Positions 8,200-18,000 of a DNA stretch of 64,000 bases are shown one piece after another. The stretch is from Hormiphora californensis. Its lineage: Eukaryota; Animalia; Ctenophora. The notes below the pieces were generated by a model. The model was not told where the DNA came from. It did not search any database and saw only the letters and a program-made list of their open reading frames with translations. The position numbers were made by a program, and so were the translations under genes. Where the stretch lies: contig CM035354.1 in the NCBI GenBank assembly GCA_020137815.1, forward strand, positions 310,001 to 374,000. The letters run 5' to 3'. Positions within the stretch are counted from its first letter, which is position 1. The number at the start of each line of letters is the position of its first letter.

Positions 8200-11100
8200 A
8201 TGATAAGTGCTGAACAGTACAGACAAACTATTGGGAGGTTTGCAGGGGGGAGGGGTGGAAAAAGAAAAATGTTTACTAACAAAACCCTTGACCGACAGTA
8301 CAGACAAACATCATCAATATCACCATTTCATTTGATTCTCTACCTAAGTTACAGTATACTAATACTTATTCTTTTAGGCTCGATGTCCAGATGTACTTCC
8401 TCTCTGTCCTGTAGAGAACTATGTATGGAAACAGGCCGAGAAGAAGTCGGTAAGAGTATCAACCAGCATTACATTTGGTATGCTAATTGTGTGTTAACCC
8501 TGGTGATATTCAAAAGTATGGGGAAAATAGGGAACACCTGTTCCAAAATCATAGTTAGGTGTCGACTAGTCGTACTATTAATCTTTCTTTCGAGTCTAGC
8601 AAAAGCACTTATTGTTATCCACCAGCCCAGTATTGTAAATCCTGGGCCTACTGAACCAAAAACAAAAATTAGTGTGGTGTACTGCAACGTTAATGGTCTC
8701 ATAAATATGCAATCAATTAGTGGTGATCAGCCCCAGTTTCAAGTATCTAAACTCTCTGATCTCCGAGCATACTTGTTTACTTATGAGCCAGAAATTGTAG
8801 TATTAAATGAAACGTGGTTGAACAAGCATGTCAATGATGGGGAATTAGTGTCCGATCAGTTCTATACAATATACAGAAAAGATAGAACTAAAAGGGACAT
8901 GGAAATGTATGATAAAAAGGGTGGGGGAGGAGTTATGATTCTATGTAAGAATAACATGGGTATTGAAGTTGATCAGGTAAAGGACAAGGTAAATCTGCCT
9001 ATTGTCACCATACTGCTCAAGTCAAAAAACCTGACCCCGATATGTATCTCAACATTCTACAGGTATGACTACTCGGGGTCAGATTGTCTTGAAGAAACTG
9101 AGCGGTACTACACACGCCTATCTAGAAAATATAAAAACCTAGCAATCATCGGGGATCTCAATCTAAGTTCGGTTAAAGATTGGGATGACCCAGTATCGAG
9201 CAATAGTATACACGAAGGCTTTGCTCACCTTTTTACATCTCTGGGTATGAGTTCGTTAATAAACACACCAACACACAGGGATGGAAATGTATTAGATCTA
9301 ATTCTCACAAATAATAGTTCGTGTTTTTCCAATGTATCGGTAGAAGAAAATTGTTTAGTCAAATCTGACCACTTCACTATTAAATGTGAGGTGCAAATCA
9401 AAAAGATAAGACCCAAGTTTAAGACGGCTAAAAAGTTTTCTTACAAGAAAGCTGATTGGGATGCGATTAATGAGGGACTGATTCGGTATGACTGGACTAA
9501 GGAATTCAAACACCTCAGGGCCGAGCAATCTCTTCAGAAATTTAAATCAAAATTAGATATTACCCTAAGACACCATGTACCATTAGTTAATGTAAAAATA
9601 GGATCTCAACCACCCTGGTACGATGATGAGTTGAGACAGTTAAAAAGGTCAATGGATAATTCTAGAAAAGCTTCTCTGAAGTTTCCAAATGATGTTTCCC
9701 TAAAAAATGTATTTACTTGTATGGAGGCAGAGTACAGAAAAGCGTCAAGGGAGAAAGAAACACACTTTCTAGAACTCTCCTCCATTGATGAGTCTGCCTC
9801 TACAGCTGCAATTTCCAAAAAGTTTTTTAAACATGTGAAATCAAAAACTAGCAGCACTAGAGTCCCTGATATAGTTCATTACGAGAATAACTCTGAAAAA
9901 AGTAGTCAACAAAAATGCAAAATGTTTAATGATTTTTTTTGTAAACAGTTCACACAAGCCAGTACGTATAGCACACCAATTGATTTTGATAGAAACCACG
10001 ATAATGATTTTAACAACGAAACTTTTCACTTTGATGAAGTTGTAGATATATTAAGAAAATTAGATGCATCCAAGGCCACTGGCCCAGATAATATAGACGG
10101 TATAGTTTTGAAAAAATGTCACAAATCATTGGCATATCCACTAGTATTAATTTTTAACAAAGTTTTTGATGAAGGGTCTATTCCAACTGAGTGGAAAAAT
10201 GCAAATGTTGTGCCAGTCCACAAAAAAGGAGATAAGTCTAATGTAGAGAATTATAGACCGATTTCTCTTACGTGTCTAATTATGAAGGTCTTCGAAAAGT
10301 TGGTTAGAGAGCGCCTGTATAGGGCTTGTCTGGAGAAAGTTACACCTCATCAGCATGGGTTCGTACCACTGAAGTCATGTACGACCCAACTGATCGAGTT
10401 TAACTGTGAGCTAGCAATAAATTTAAACCAACACTTGCAAACAGATATTATATATTTTGATTTTCAAAAGGCTTTTGACAGCGTATCACACGATGTCATA
10501 CTTGAAAAACTTAAAGTCCAGTATAACATAAACGGTAAAATGTTGCAATTTCTTAAAGCGTACTTATCTGGACGTCGACAGAGAGTAGCATTAGATGGTG
10601 AATTCTCGGAATGGTCTAATGTTAAGAGTGGAGTCCCTCAAGGATCCATCCTCGGTCCATTCCTTTTTGTTCTATTTATAAATGATATAGTTGAGGCCAT
10701 TGGGGATGAAGGAGAAACCAATATAAAGCTATATGCAGATGATCTAAAAATCTGGAGGACGATTAAGAATGAAAATGATAGTCTCCAGCCTGATATTGAT
10801 AGATTGATTGAGTGGAGTGTGAAAAATAAAATGAAGTTCCACCCTAATAAATGTAAACTTCTTAGATGTACCTTGAAGCATAAGCCTGTTAACCTAAAAT
10901 ATTACTTAGGAAGTAGTGAGATTCAACAATGTACAAATGAAACTGACCTGGGGGTGATCACCAATAGAAAATTATCGCCTCTAGAACACCAAAACATGAT
11001 AATTTCTAAAACGTCTCAGAGGTTAGGCCTAGTCAAGAGAACTAGTGCTCTGGTTGATTCCCCCCTAAAGAGGAGAACACTTTATGTCAGTCTTGTTAGT

Positions 11101-11592
11101 TCGTTGTTTGAACACTGCAGCCAGATATGGCGACCAGTTTCAGCCTATAGTATTGAAAAGTTCGAAAAGCTCCAAAAACGTGCATTAAAATGGATAAATA
11201 ATGAAATGGAGCTCAGCTATGATTGGAAAACGTATGTCAGTAAACTTAAACAAAGAAAGATTCTTCCTATTACCGAAAGGTTCCTTTATAATGACTTAAA
11301 ACTGTTTCATAAGATATTCTACGGATCTTCATCCCTAAAACTTCCAATGTTCCTTCACAAATACATCCCTGACAGACACGACAGGCGTACAACTAGACAA
11401 CAGACAAACCGGGACCAAACAGACATCATTTGCACACATAACCCTAATATTGACGCTTTTAAACATAGTTATTTTTACCGTATCCATGTGGAATGGAATA
11501 ACCTTCCGCATGACCTACGATGCCTAGATTCTCATGATGCCTTTGTAGCCAAGCTCAAAGATTATCTCTGGAATAACATTCCAAATTCGTAA
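8200..11592 (+). CDS. LINE ORF2p: hydrophobic leader + APE endonuclease + reverse transcriptase
   Basis: First ATG at 8200 (frame open from 8128). APE motifs YCNVNGL, LNETWL, GDLN, LDLIL, SDH. RT motifs NYRPISL, QHGF, DFQKAFDSV, GVPQGSILGP, YADD (10732), DLGV. Confidence 0.95.
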   Translation: MISAEQYRQTIGRFAGGRGGKRKMFTNKTLDRQYRQTSSISPFHLILYLSYSILILILLGSMSRCTSSLSCRELCMETGREEVGKSINQHYIWYANCVLTLVIFKSMGKIGNTCSKIIVRCRLVVLLIFLSSLAKALIVIHQPSIVNPGPTEPKTKISVVYCNVNGLINMQSISGDQPQFQVSKLSDLRAYLFTYEPEIVVLNETWLNKHVNDGELVSDQFYTIYRKDRTKRDMEMYDKKGGGGVMILCKNNMGIEVDQVKDKVNLPIVTILLKSKNLTPICISTFYRYDYSGSDCLEETERYYTRLSRKYKNLAIIGDLNLSSVKDWDDPVSSNSIHEGFAHLFTSLGMSSLINTPTHRDGNVLDLILTNNSSCFSNVSVEENCLVKSDHFTIKCEVQIKKIRPKFKTAKKFSYKKADWDAINEGLIRYDWTKEFKHLRAEQSLQKFKSKLDITLRHHVPLVNVKIGSQPPWYDDELRQLKRSMDNSRKASLKFPNDVSLKNVFTCMEAEYRKASREKETHFLELSSIDESASTAAISKKFFKHVKSKTSSTRVPDIVHYENNSEKSSQQKCKMFNDFFCKQFTQASTYSTPIDFDRNHDNDFNNETFHFDEVVDILRKLDASKATGPDNIDGIVLKKCHKSLAYPLVLIFNKVFDEGSIPTEWKNANVVPVHKKGDKSNVENYRPISLTCLIMKVFEKLVRERLYRACLEKVTPHQHGFVPLKSCTTQLIEFNCELAINLNQHLQTDIIYFDFQKAFDSVSHDVILEKLKVQYNINGKMLQFLKAYLSGRRQRVALDGEFSEWSNVKSGVPQGSILGPFLFVLFINDIVEAIGDEGETNIKLYADDLKIWRTIKNENDSLQPDIDRLIEWSVKNKMKFHPNKCKLLRCTLKHKPVNLKYYLGSSEIQQCTNETDLGVITNRKLSPLEHQNMIISKTSQRLGLVKRTSALVDSPLKRRTLYVSLVSSLFEHCSQIWRPVSAYSIEKFEKLQKRALKWINNEMELSYDWKTYVSKLKQRKILPITERFLYNDLKLFHKIFYGSSSLKLPMFLHKYIPDRHDRRTTRQQTNRDQTDIICTHNPNIDAFKHSYFYRIHVEWNNLPHDLRCLDSHDAFVAKLKDYLWNNIPNS

Positions 11593-11937
11593 ATTCGCGG
11601 CTGTGCTATTGACTTCACCTACTTTCTAAACTTTAGATCAATCTCTCCTATCTCATGGACTTCAAATTATTTATTTCTTTGGTGTGGTGTTGAAGAGTTG
11701 AAACTATACAACAAGCAATCGCACAGTCGCGAATCTAATCACATAATTGATTACAAGACATTTACAAACAAGAATTTTGGGGGGTTGGCTAGGGAGGGGG
11801 AAATAATCAATATATTATCTATAGTAGCCATATTAGATTTTGTTTATTCTATTAAAAATATACTGTATTAGTCTGTTTGTCCGTAGTGTGTGAGAACTGT
11901 CTGTGTGTGAATTTTTAGAGTATTTTGAGGTGTAAGC

Positions 11938-12042
11938 GCTCCGTCGATATTGACACTCCGTCAATAGGAGCCAACCGGGATATTGTCTTTATAAATATAT
12001 CGATTTTTATCCTTTTCCAAATCAAATCAAATCAAACCAAAT
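11938..12042 (+). other. LINE 3' recognition stem-loop and pentamer tail
   Basis: Hairpin gctcc-gtcga-tattgac-actcc-gtcaata-ggagc followed by (CAAAT)n; this architecture is typical of CR1/L2 3' ends. Confidence 0.75.
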
Positions 12043-13516
12043 GGTAAAGTTGTAGACGAAAATGCGAAAAAGTGAAATTTCTACGCAACTGCCACCACTT
12101 CATTTTCATTTTTATTTCAGCACTGTATATCAGTGCGCGTATCACTAGTCGCGCGAAGAACTCTACATTTATGTCACCGCGCGTGTCGTTGAGCATTCTG
12201 CTACGCGGCAGGGGAGCATGCAGAGCTGCAAGAAGGGGGTCGGAGGGCCGGGTCGGCAAGTTGCAAAGAAAAAAGGAAACAATACATCCTTTACCACCTT
12301 ATGCAACAGCAACCATTTTTCATGCAACATTCACAATTCTTGTGAGCGAAGACGAATCCGATGTTAACAGGCATGTAATGAATTCGGTTTTTTTTTTCTG
12401 AATGAATTCGGTCGAATATCATCTGAATGAATTCTGTCGAATATCATCTATCGACCATCACCCATCTATCGACTATCCTCTTATAGTCTGTCATATAAGA
12501 AAGGACTGCAGCGGGTCACAAAACAATGGGTGGTGGTGAGTGGCGGAGCGTTGCAAAACTCGACTTTTGTAATTCATACAGAGAGAGAGAGATAGAGAGT
12601 CTGATTGTCTGCCCATTAACAACTCACAGTCCAATTGAAAACAGTCCATTTGAACAGGTTCATTTTCTTTCTCTCTCCCTCACTCTCTTTCTTTCTCTAC
12701 TCACTCACTCTCTCACAGACTCTCTGTATCTCTCACTCACACATACTACTCACTCTCCAGTCTCCATTCCCTACAAATGCACATCTCGTACTCTCATATA
12801 TTGTTTTGCCACAACCCAACTCTCTTCCGACTACCAAACTATCTCCCTATGAGCGTTTTGCACTGCTATCTAAACAGCTACATATTATTTGGCATCATGT
12901 TTGTCACCGTGTGAAATCATCTTTAGGTGACTGGAAGAGATGTCCTCTCCCCGTGTGAAATCATCTTTAGGTGACTCGGAGATTGTGTGTGCCTTGGTGA
13001 CTCGGAGATATTTCAGAATGGAATTTTGGGTGAAACTGCTAATCTAGTATTCGTGCACTATAAGTGAGTGTGTCTAGATTGCTTGCCAAATTTCTGCACC
13101 CACCCTGTATTATTATAATAGTGGCCCTCCCACTCATCAGATATATAATATAGTAGTATCTCGTGTGCATGAGAGATGGAATGAGAGAGAGTGAGAACAT
13201 CGTCCGTCCCCTAGTAGTTCAGTATCGGCTAAGCTCAAAGGTAGCTAATCGATCCTTATAAAATATGCTCCTCTCTGCTGGGGCCGAAACCCCTTTCAAA
13301 CAGGGGGGACCTGGTGCTGTTGCGGGGGGTAAAAAGAGCGGAGTATACGTTCAGTAAGTGGCTATAATATATTTTCACATTGAGAGACAGAAAGGGATCG
13401 GTAGAAAATCGGAAGGAGCTTAGAAAGAGAAAAATAGCTGAGTGGGGAACAGAAAGGACGGAAAGATCTATCGTTTCTCATTTCCCCTGGCGGCTATCCA
13501 GCTTGAGAGAGGGAGG

Positions 13517-13558
<42 letters not shown>

Positions 13559-13752
13559 TGAGAGCGATATATGAGCGTAGATATAGTCGCGAGAGCTAGA
13601 GATAGAGATATCTTTTCGCTCTCGCTGCTACTCTCGGCCTGCGCTGCTCTCAGCGATCGCTCCTCTTGCTCTCTCTCTCTCTCTCTCTTCGCTCTCTCGT
13701 CATCCCTCTCCGTCCGAGTCTCTCCGCATCTCTGTTCTCCTCCTTCTAGTCC

Positions 13753-16000
13753 TCATCGGCCCTCCTCTCCCTCTCCCCTTCGTCTCATCGTCCTCCGCTT
13801 CCAAGTATATACAATTAAGAACCTCAGATCCATGATTTGTGCCAACTCTACATTCCACTCGTCCACCACTGTACGCTTTCTGGACGCACCTTCTCCCGCG
13901 TTCCAATTAACAACAATTAAAGGGAGCCTGTAATTCATGGAGATCTCCTCCACCCACCTAGCTGTAGAATGTATGTAAATGTATTTGCTCTCGTCGATCT
14001 CTTCTCCTCCCTCTTTTGGCACATGTAACAACACCAGTGAGTGATCGAGCTGGCTTTACAAGAAGGTTGAGCTGGGATCGGCTGTCTCTAGATCATCTCT
14101 AGCCTGCGCTCATATACTATATATATCTCGCGCTAGTGATTGTTTGTGTTGTTGGTTAAGCTGACTAGGAAATACAGAGGGGCCTGTCCAATAGGATAAG
14201 GGGGAGGAGGTAACAAGGAGCCAATCAGATGGTCCCCCTTGAATACCTGTGTGTAGACTGACTGACTCGCCCCCCCCCCCCTCCTGACAGCTCCTTTATA
14301 TGCCTCTACCAGAGTCAGCCACTCCCACCCAACTTCCGTAGTCCCGGATCAATGGAATGTGGTGATGGTGGGAACCTAGTTTGTATCCAAACATGGGTAT
14401 CGTAATCACGTGAAAAGAGCACCATATTTGGGCATCATATCACGTGAAAAGACCACCATATTTGGGCATCATATCACGTGTCAAGACCACCATATTTGGG
14501 CATCATATCACGTGTCAAGACCACCATATTTGGGCATCATAATTCACATCACGTGAAAAGACCACCATATTTGGGCATCATATCACGTGTCAAGACCACC
14601 ATATTTGGGCATCATATCACGTGTCAAGACCACCATATTTGGGCATCATATCGCGTGTCAAGACCACCATATTTGGGCATCATAATTCACATCACGTGAA
14701 AAGACCACCATATTTGGGCATCATATCACGTGTCAAGACCACCATATTTGGGCATCATATCACGTGAAAAGAGCACCATATTTGGGCATCATATCACGTG
14801 ACAAGAGCACCATATCACGTGACAAGAGCACCATATTTGGGCATCATATCACGTGAAAAGAGCACCATATTTGGGCATCATATCACGTGATAAGAGCACC
14901 ATATTTGGGCATCATATCACGTGCTGCTGGTTAGTAACCAACAGCGGTCCATCTGTAAATATTTCGTAACCTTGTTAAAGGAGCGAGAGGGAGAAACAGC
15001 AGAGCTCAATATAGATCTCAAGAGCTATACCACCCACCCTCTCTCTCTTGGTGCTGGCATCCTCTTGCAGTAGGTACCACCCCTTTCTCTCTCCCTCCAC
15101 CTTCTCTCTCTCCCTCTCTCCCTCCCTTCGCATTCTCTCACTCCCCCAAGTCAAATTATCTGCGGAGAGCTGTCTACCAAAATGAGAGAGAAAACTACCT
15201 GTCCCACCGGCCTCGTCCCTCCGAGAAGTGGAGCTTTTCAACGGCCAGCTCGTACCAGCTGTTTTTTGGAAACCCTCATATTATTCCATGGTTAGAGGCG
15301 GCTGACCGAATTTGAAATGTAACATATTATATATCGAATCTGCTATATCAAGGTCCCTGTATGTTCCATTTACCGGAATAAGCTGTAAATGATGTTTGGA
15401 ACCCGTTTATCAGACACAGCCCTAAGTAGAAAGAATGCTCCCTATAAATCGCTCAGCCCTAAGTAGAAAGAATGAGCTCCTTTATATTCCGGGAGATGAC
15501 GTGTAAAAAGACAAATTTGAAAAACGTTGATTTTGTTCCCCTGTTTATATTTTCGAAACTAGCCACATCTCCAGGATGAGATGAACTCAAAAAAGTAAAA
15601 ACTCGGATATATTTTTCTAAACAGTGAAGGTACAAAACACACATTGAAAATAAATACATCAACAAATTATTCTTTAGTCATAACGGAGGAGAAAAGAAGT
15701 TGTCCTGCTCAATAGGATTCATGTCTCTCTATCTGGGAGCAAAGAGGGGTTGCTATGTTCCAGGAACCGACCGAAACAAGTAAAAAACCAATCAGAACTC
15801 GTTATTTAGGTCACGTGACTGGTTATTAGCCAATCAGGGACCAGTATTCCCTGGTTCGGTCGGTTCCTGGTTGCTATGTTCTAACCCTCGAGGAGAGAGA
15901 GAGGGTCGAACAAGGCAAATAATCAGGGGTAGGGTGAGTTACTGACCTCCCACCGCTTTCTCGTTCTCTCAATCATACACACACACACAAGCAGTGTTAT
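13753..16000 (-). CDS. Possible multi-exon gene of unknown function in a noisy region
   Basis: Several short AG/GT-bounded segments read as plausible peptides, e.g. WYELAVEKLHFSEGRGRWD (~15200-15260), SHHHHIPLIRDYGSWVGVADS (~14330-14395), IQGGPSDWLLVTSSPLSYWTG (~14185-14245) and ORF 13753-14034. No family recognised. Confidence 0.3.
14405..14922. repeat. 34/35-bp minisatellite (cacgtgtcaagaccaccatatttgggcatcatat)n, ~15 copies
   Basis: Directly visible; period 34 (cacgtg at 14441 and 14475). Confidence 0.95.
15761..15869 (+). mobile_element. Third copy of the 109-bp MITE, flanked by a 12-bp duplication gttgctatgttc
   Basis: TIRs as at 2512; duplication at 15749-15760 and 15870-15881. Confidence 0.88.
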
Positions 16001-16069
16001 AGGGGGGGGGCTGAGTGTTTGGCGGCACCCAAAGAAGTTCATTTTGCTTACTACCAACACGCAGTCAAA

Positions 16070-16129
16070 CATTTCTCTTTCTATCTCTCTCTCACTCACT
16101 CTCTCACTCTCTCTCTCTCTCTCACTCTC

Positions 16130-16171
<42 letters not shown>

Positions 16172-17010
16172 CTCTCTCTCTCACGGTCTCCTCCCTCTCT
16201 CTCTCTCTCCTCTCTCCCGTCCTCTCTCTCTCGCGTGGCTGGGTTCCCCCTCCTTCTCTCTCTCTCGCTCTCTCTCTGCTTCCTTTCTCCTCGTCCTCCT
16301 CTCAGTCGCTCCTCCTCCCTCTCTCTGCTCGCCTTCACTTCCTGCGTCTCGTCGTGGCTGCCCTATCTCCTCGTTCTCTCGTCCGTCTCGTCTTCTCTCT
16401 CTCCTCTGTCCTCGATCCCACTCGGTCTCATCTCTCTGCATCTCCTCTCGTCTCCTCTCTCTCTCTCTCTCGTCGCCTCTCTCTGTCGTTCCTCTCTCTG
16501 TCTCCTCGCGGGTCCGTGCTCTCTTCTCGTTGGTCTCTGCGTCTCTCTCTGCGGTGCTCATCTCTCTCTCTCGTCTCTTCCTCTCTTCTCGCGTCTCTGA
16601 ATTCATTTCTCACGTCTCTCCTCCTTCTCGGTGTCTCTCTGTCTTGCATCCACTCTTCTGCCATCTCTCTCTCTCTGCTCCTCCGTTCTCTTCTTCTCCC
16701 GAGGCTCTCCTCTCTCGGTCATCCGTCTCTCCGGTCCTCAATCTCATCTCTCTGTCCGGTGTCTTGTCGTCTGATGGGTCTCTTGCTCGTCTGCTCGCCG
16801 TCCGTCAAGTCTCTCGTGGTCCTCTTCTCTGCCTCTCCTTACGTCTCTCCTCTCCTCCTCTCTCCTCTCTCTCTCTCGCGTCTCGCTCTCTCTCTCTCTT
16901 CTCTTGCTCTGCGTCGGCTCTCTTCTTTTCGGTCTCACTCTTCTCTCTCTGCCACTCTCCTCTCTCTCTCCTCGTCGTACGGTCTCTCTCCGACTTCCCT
17001 CTCTCACTCT
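16070..17010. repeat. Degenerate (CT)n low-complexity tract
   Basis: CT-rich with scattered interruptions; produces spurious S/L-rich and R/E-rich ORFs. Confidence 0.9.
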
Positions 17011-18000
17011 TGGATGGAATAGGCGGGATTTATAAATGGGACCATAGAGAGATCATTTCTATCTTTTTATCTTTTACTGGACCAGAAAAAAGAGAGTGAG
17101 AGAGAGAACGAACTCTAACAAGAGAGATTTGAGGAATGAAAGAGAGAATATAGGTTCATATCAGGTTTACCATCGCCTTCATCAACGACTAAATTGTGTA
17201 GCCATGGTTTCCCTTAGGAATGCTGATAGTCACCATGGTCACACACTTGATTCTCTTAGGATCTCAAGGCATCTTTCTTTCTGTTCTAGCACATAAAAAG
17301 AAATCAAGTCTAATTTCAGAGTTGAACAACAAAAGGGGAGTCTAAGACTTGTGGGAGGGGAGTTCAGGATATTTCTGGGCTTTTTATAAGTCACACTCAC
17401 TCACACAAACGCACACTCTCACACATAGTCACAAACGCACACTCTCACACAAACTCACGCATGTCACACATGTCACACACAGACTTCTAACAACTTCACA
17501 CAACCTCTCAAACATATGTGAATAAATCTGTAATATATAATATCTGAAAAGCACAAATGTAGTTATTTTTCACACTTTTATAATTTGTCTGCTGGATATA
17601 TATGAGAAGGAGAAGTTCAATCTCACCCTACAGTAAACTACAGAGTCGTCATGATTCTTTCACACACATTTCTTCCGCGTCTTCTGCACTCAAATATATA
17701 CTTTCCGGCTCTGTATATATCTCTTGATTAACATTTCTAAATGAACTGTCTCCGACACATCATAATATAAACTGTGATATATAATAAATCTCTGTCTTTC
17801 ACTATCTGTCCTACCCCCAACGTCTTTCATTATATACCCTTCATAGCTCGGTATAGCGCTGTTACTTCGAGAGCTTTGTCTCACAGTGAATCAGATTTGG
17901 CTGATTGCAGTTGGTCTCGATATCATATATCTCTCTGAATCTCTGTCCACATTGGCTGTCACGTGTCGTACTCGTGTATTATCGAGTGGATAGTCTCTAA

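Larger units (their letters stand above)
6427..12042 (+). mobile_element. Apparently full-length, intact non-LTR retrotransposon (CR1/L2 group)
   Basis: Two uninterrupted ORFs (ORF1 AlkB+SGNH; ORF2 APE+RT), a 3' stem-loop at 11938-11971 and a (CAAAT)n tail at 12018-12042. The 5' boundary is taken at the SL-like 26-mer. No TSD found. Confidence 0.92.

Noticed and set aside
14405-14922. CRISPR-like periodicity (also the 32-bp array at 26870-29220 and the 99/150-bp arrays at 340-1136)
   Set aside because: Units are contiguous with no unique spacers, there are no cas genes, and the context is eukaryotic.
16015-17099. Long S/L-rich and R/E-rich ORFs (also at 32.1-32.6, 33.4, 38.9, 40.0, 55.3-56.1 and 56.6-57.5 kb)
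   Set aside because: Translations of (CT)n/(GA)n low-complexity tracts, open in several frames at once.
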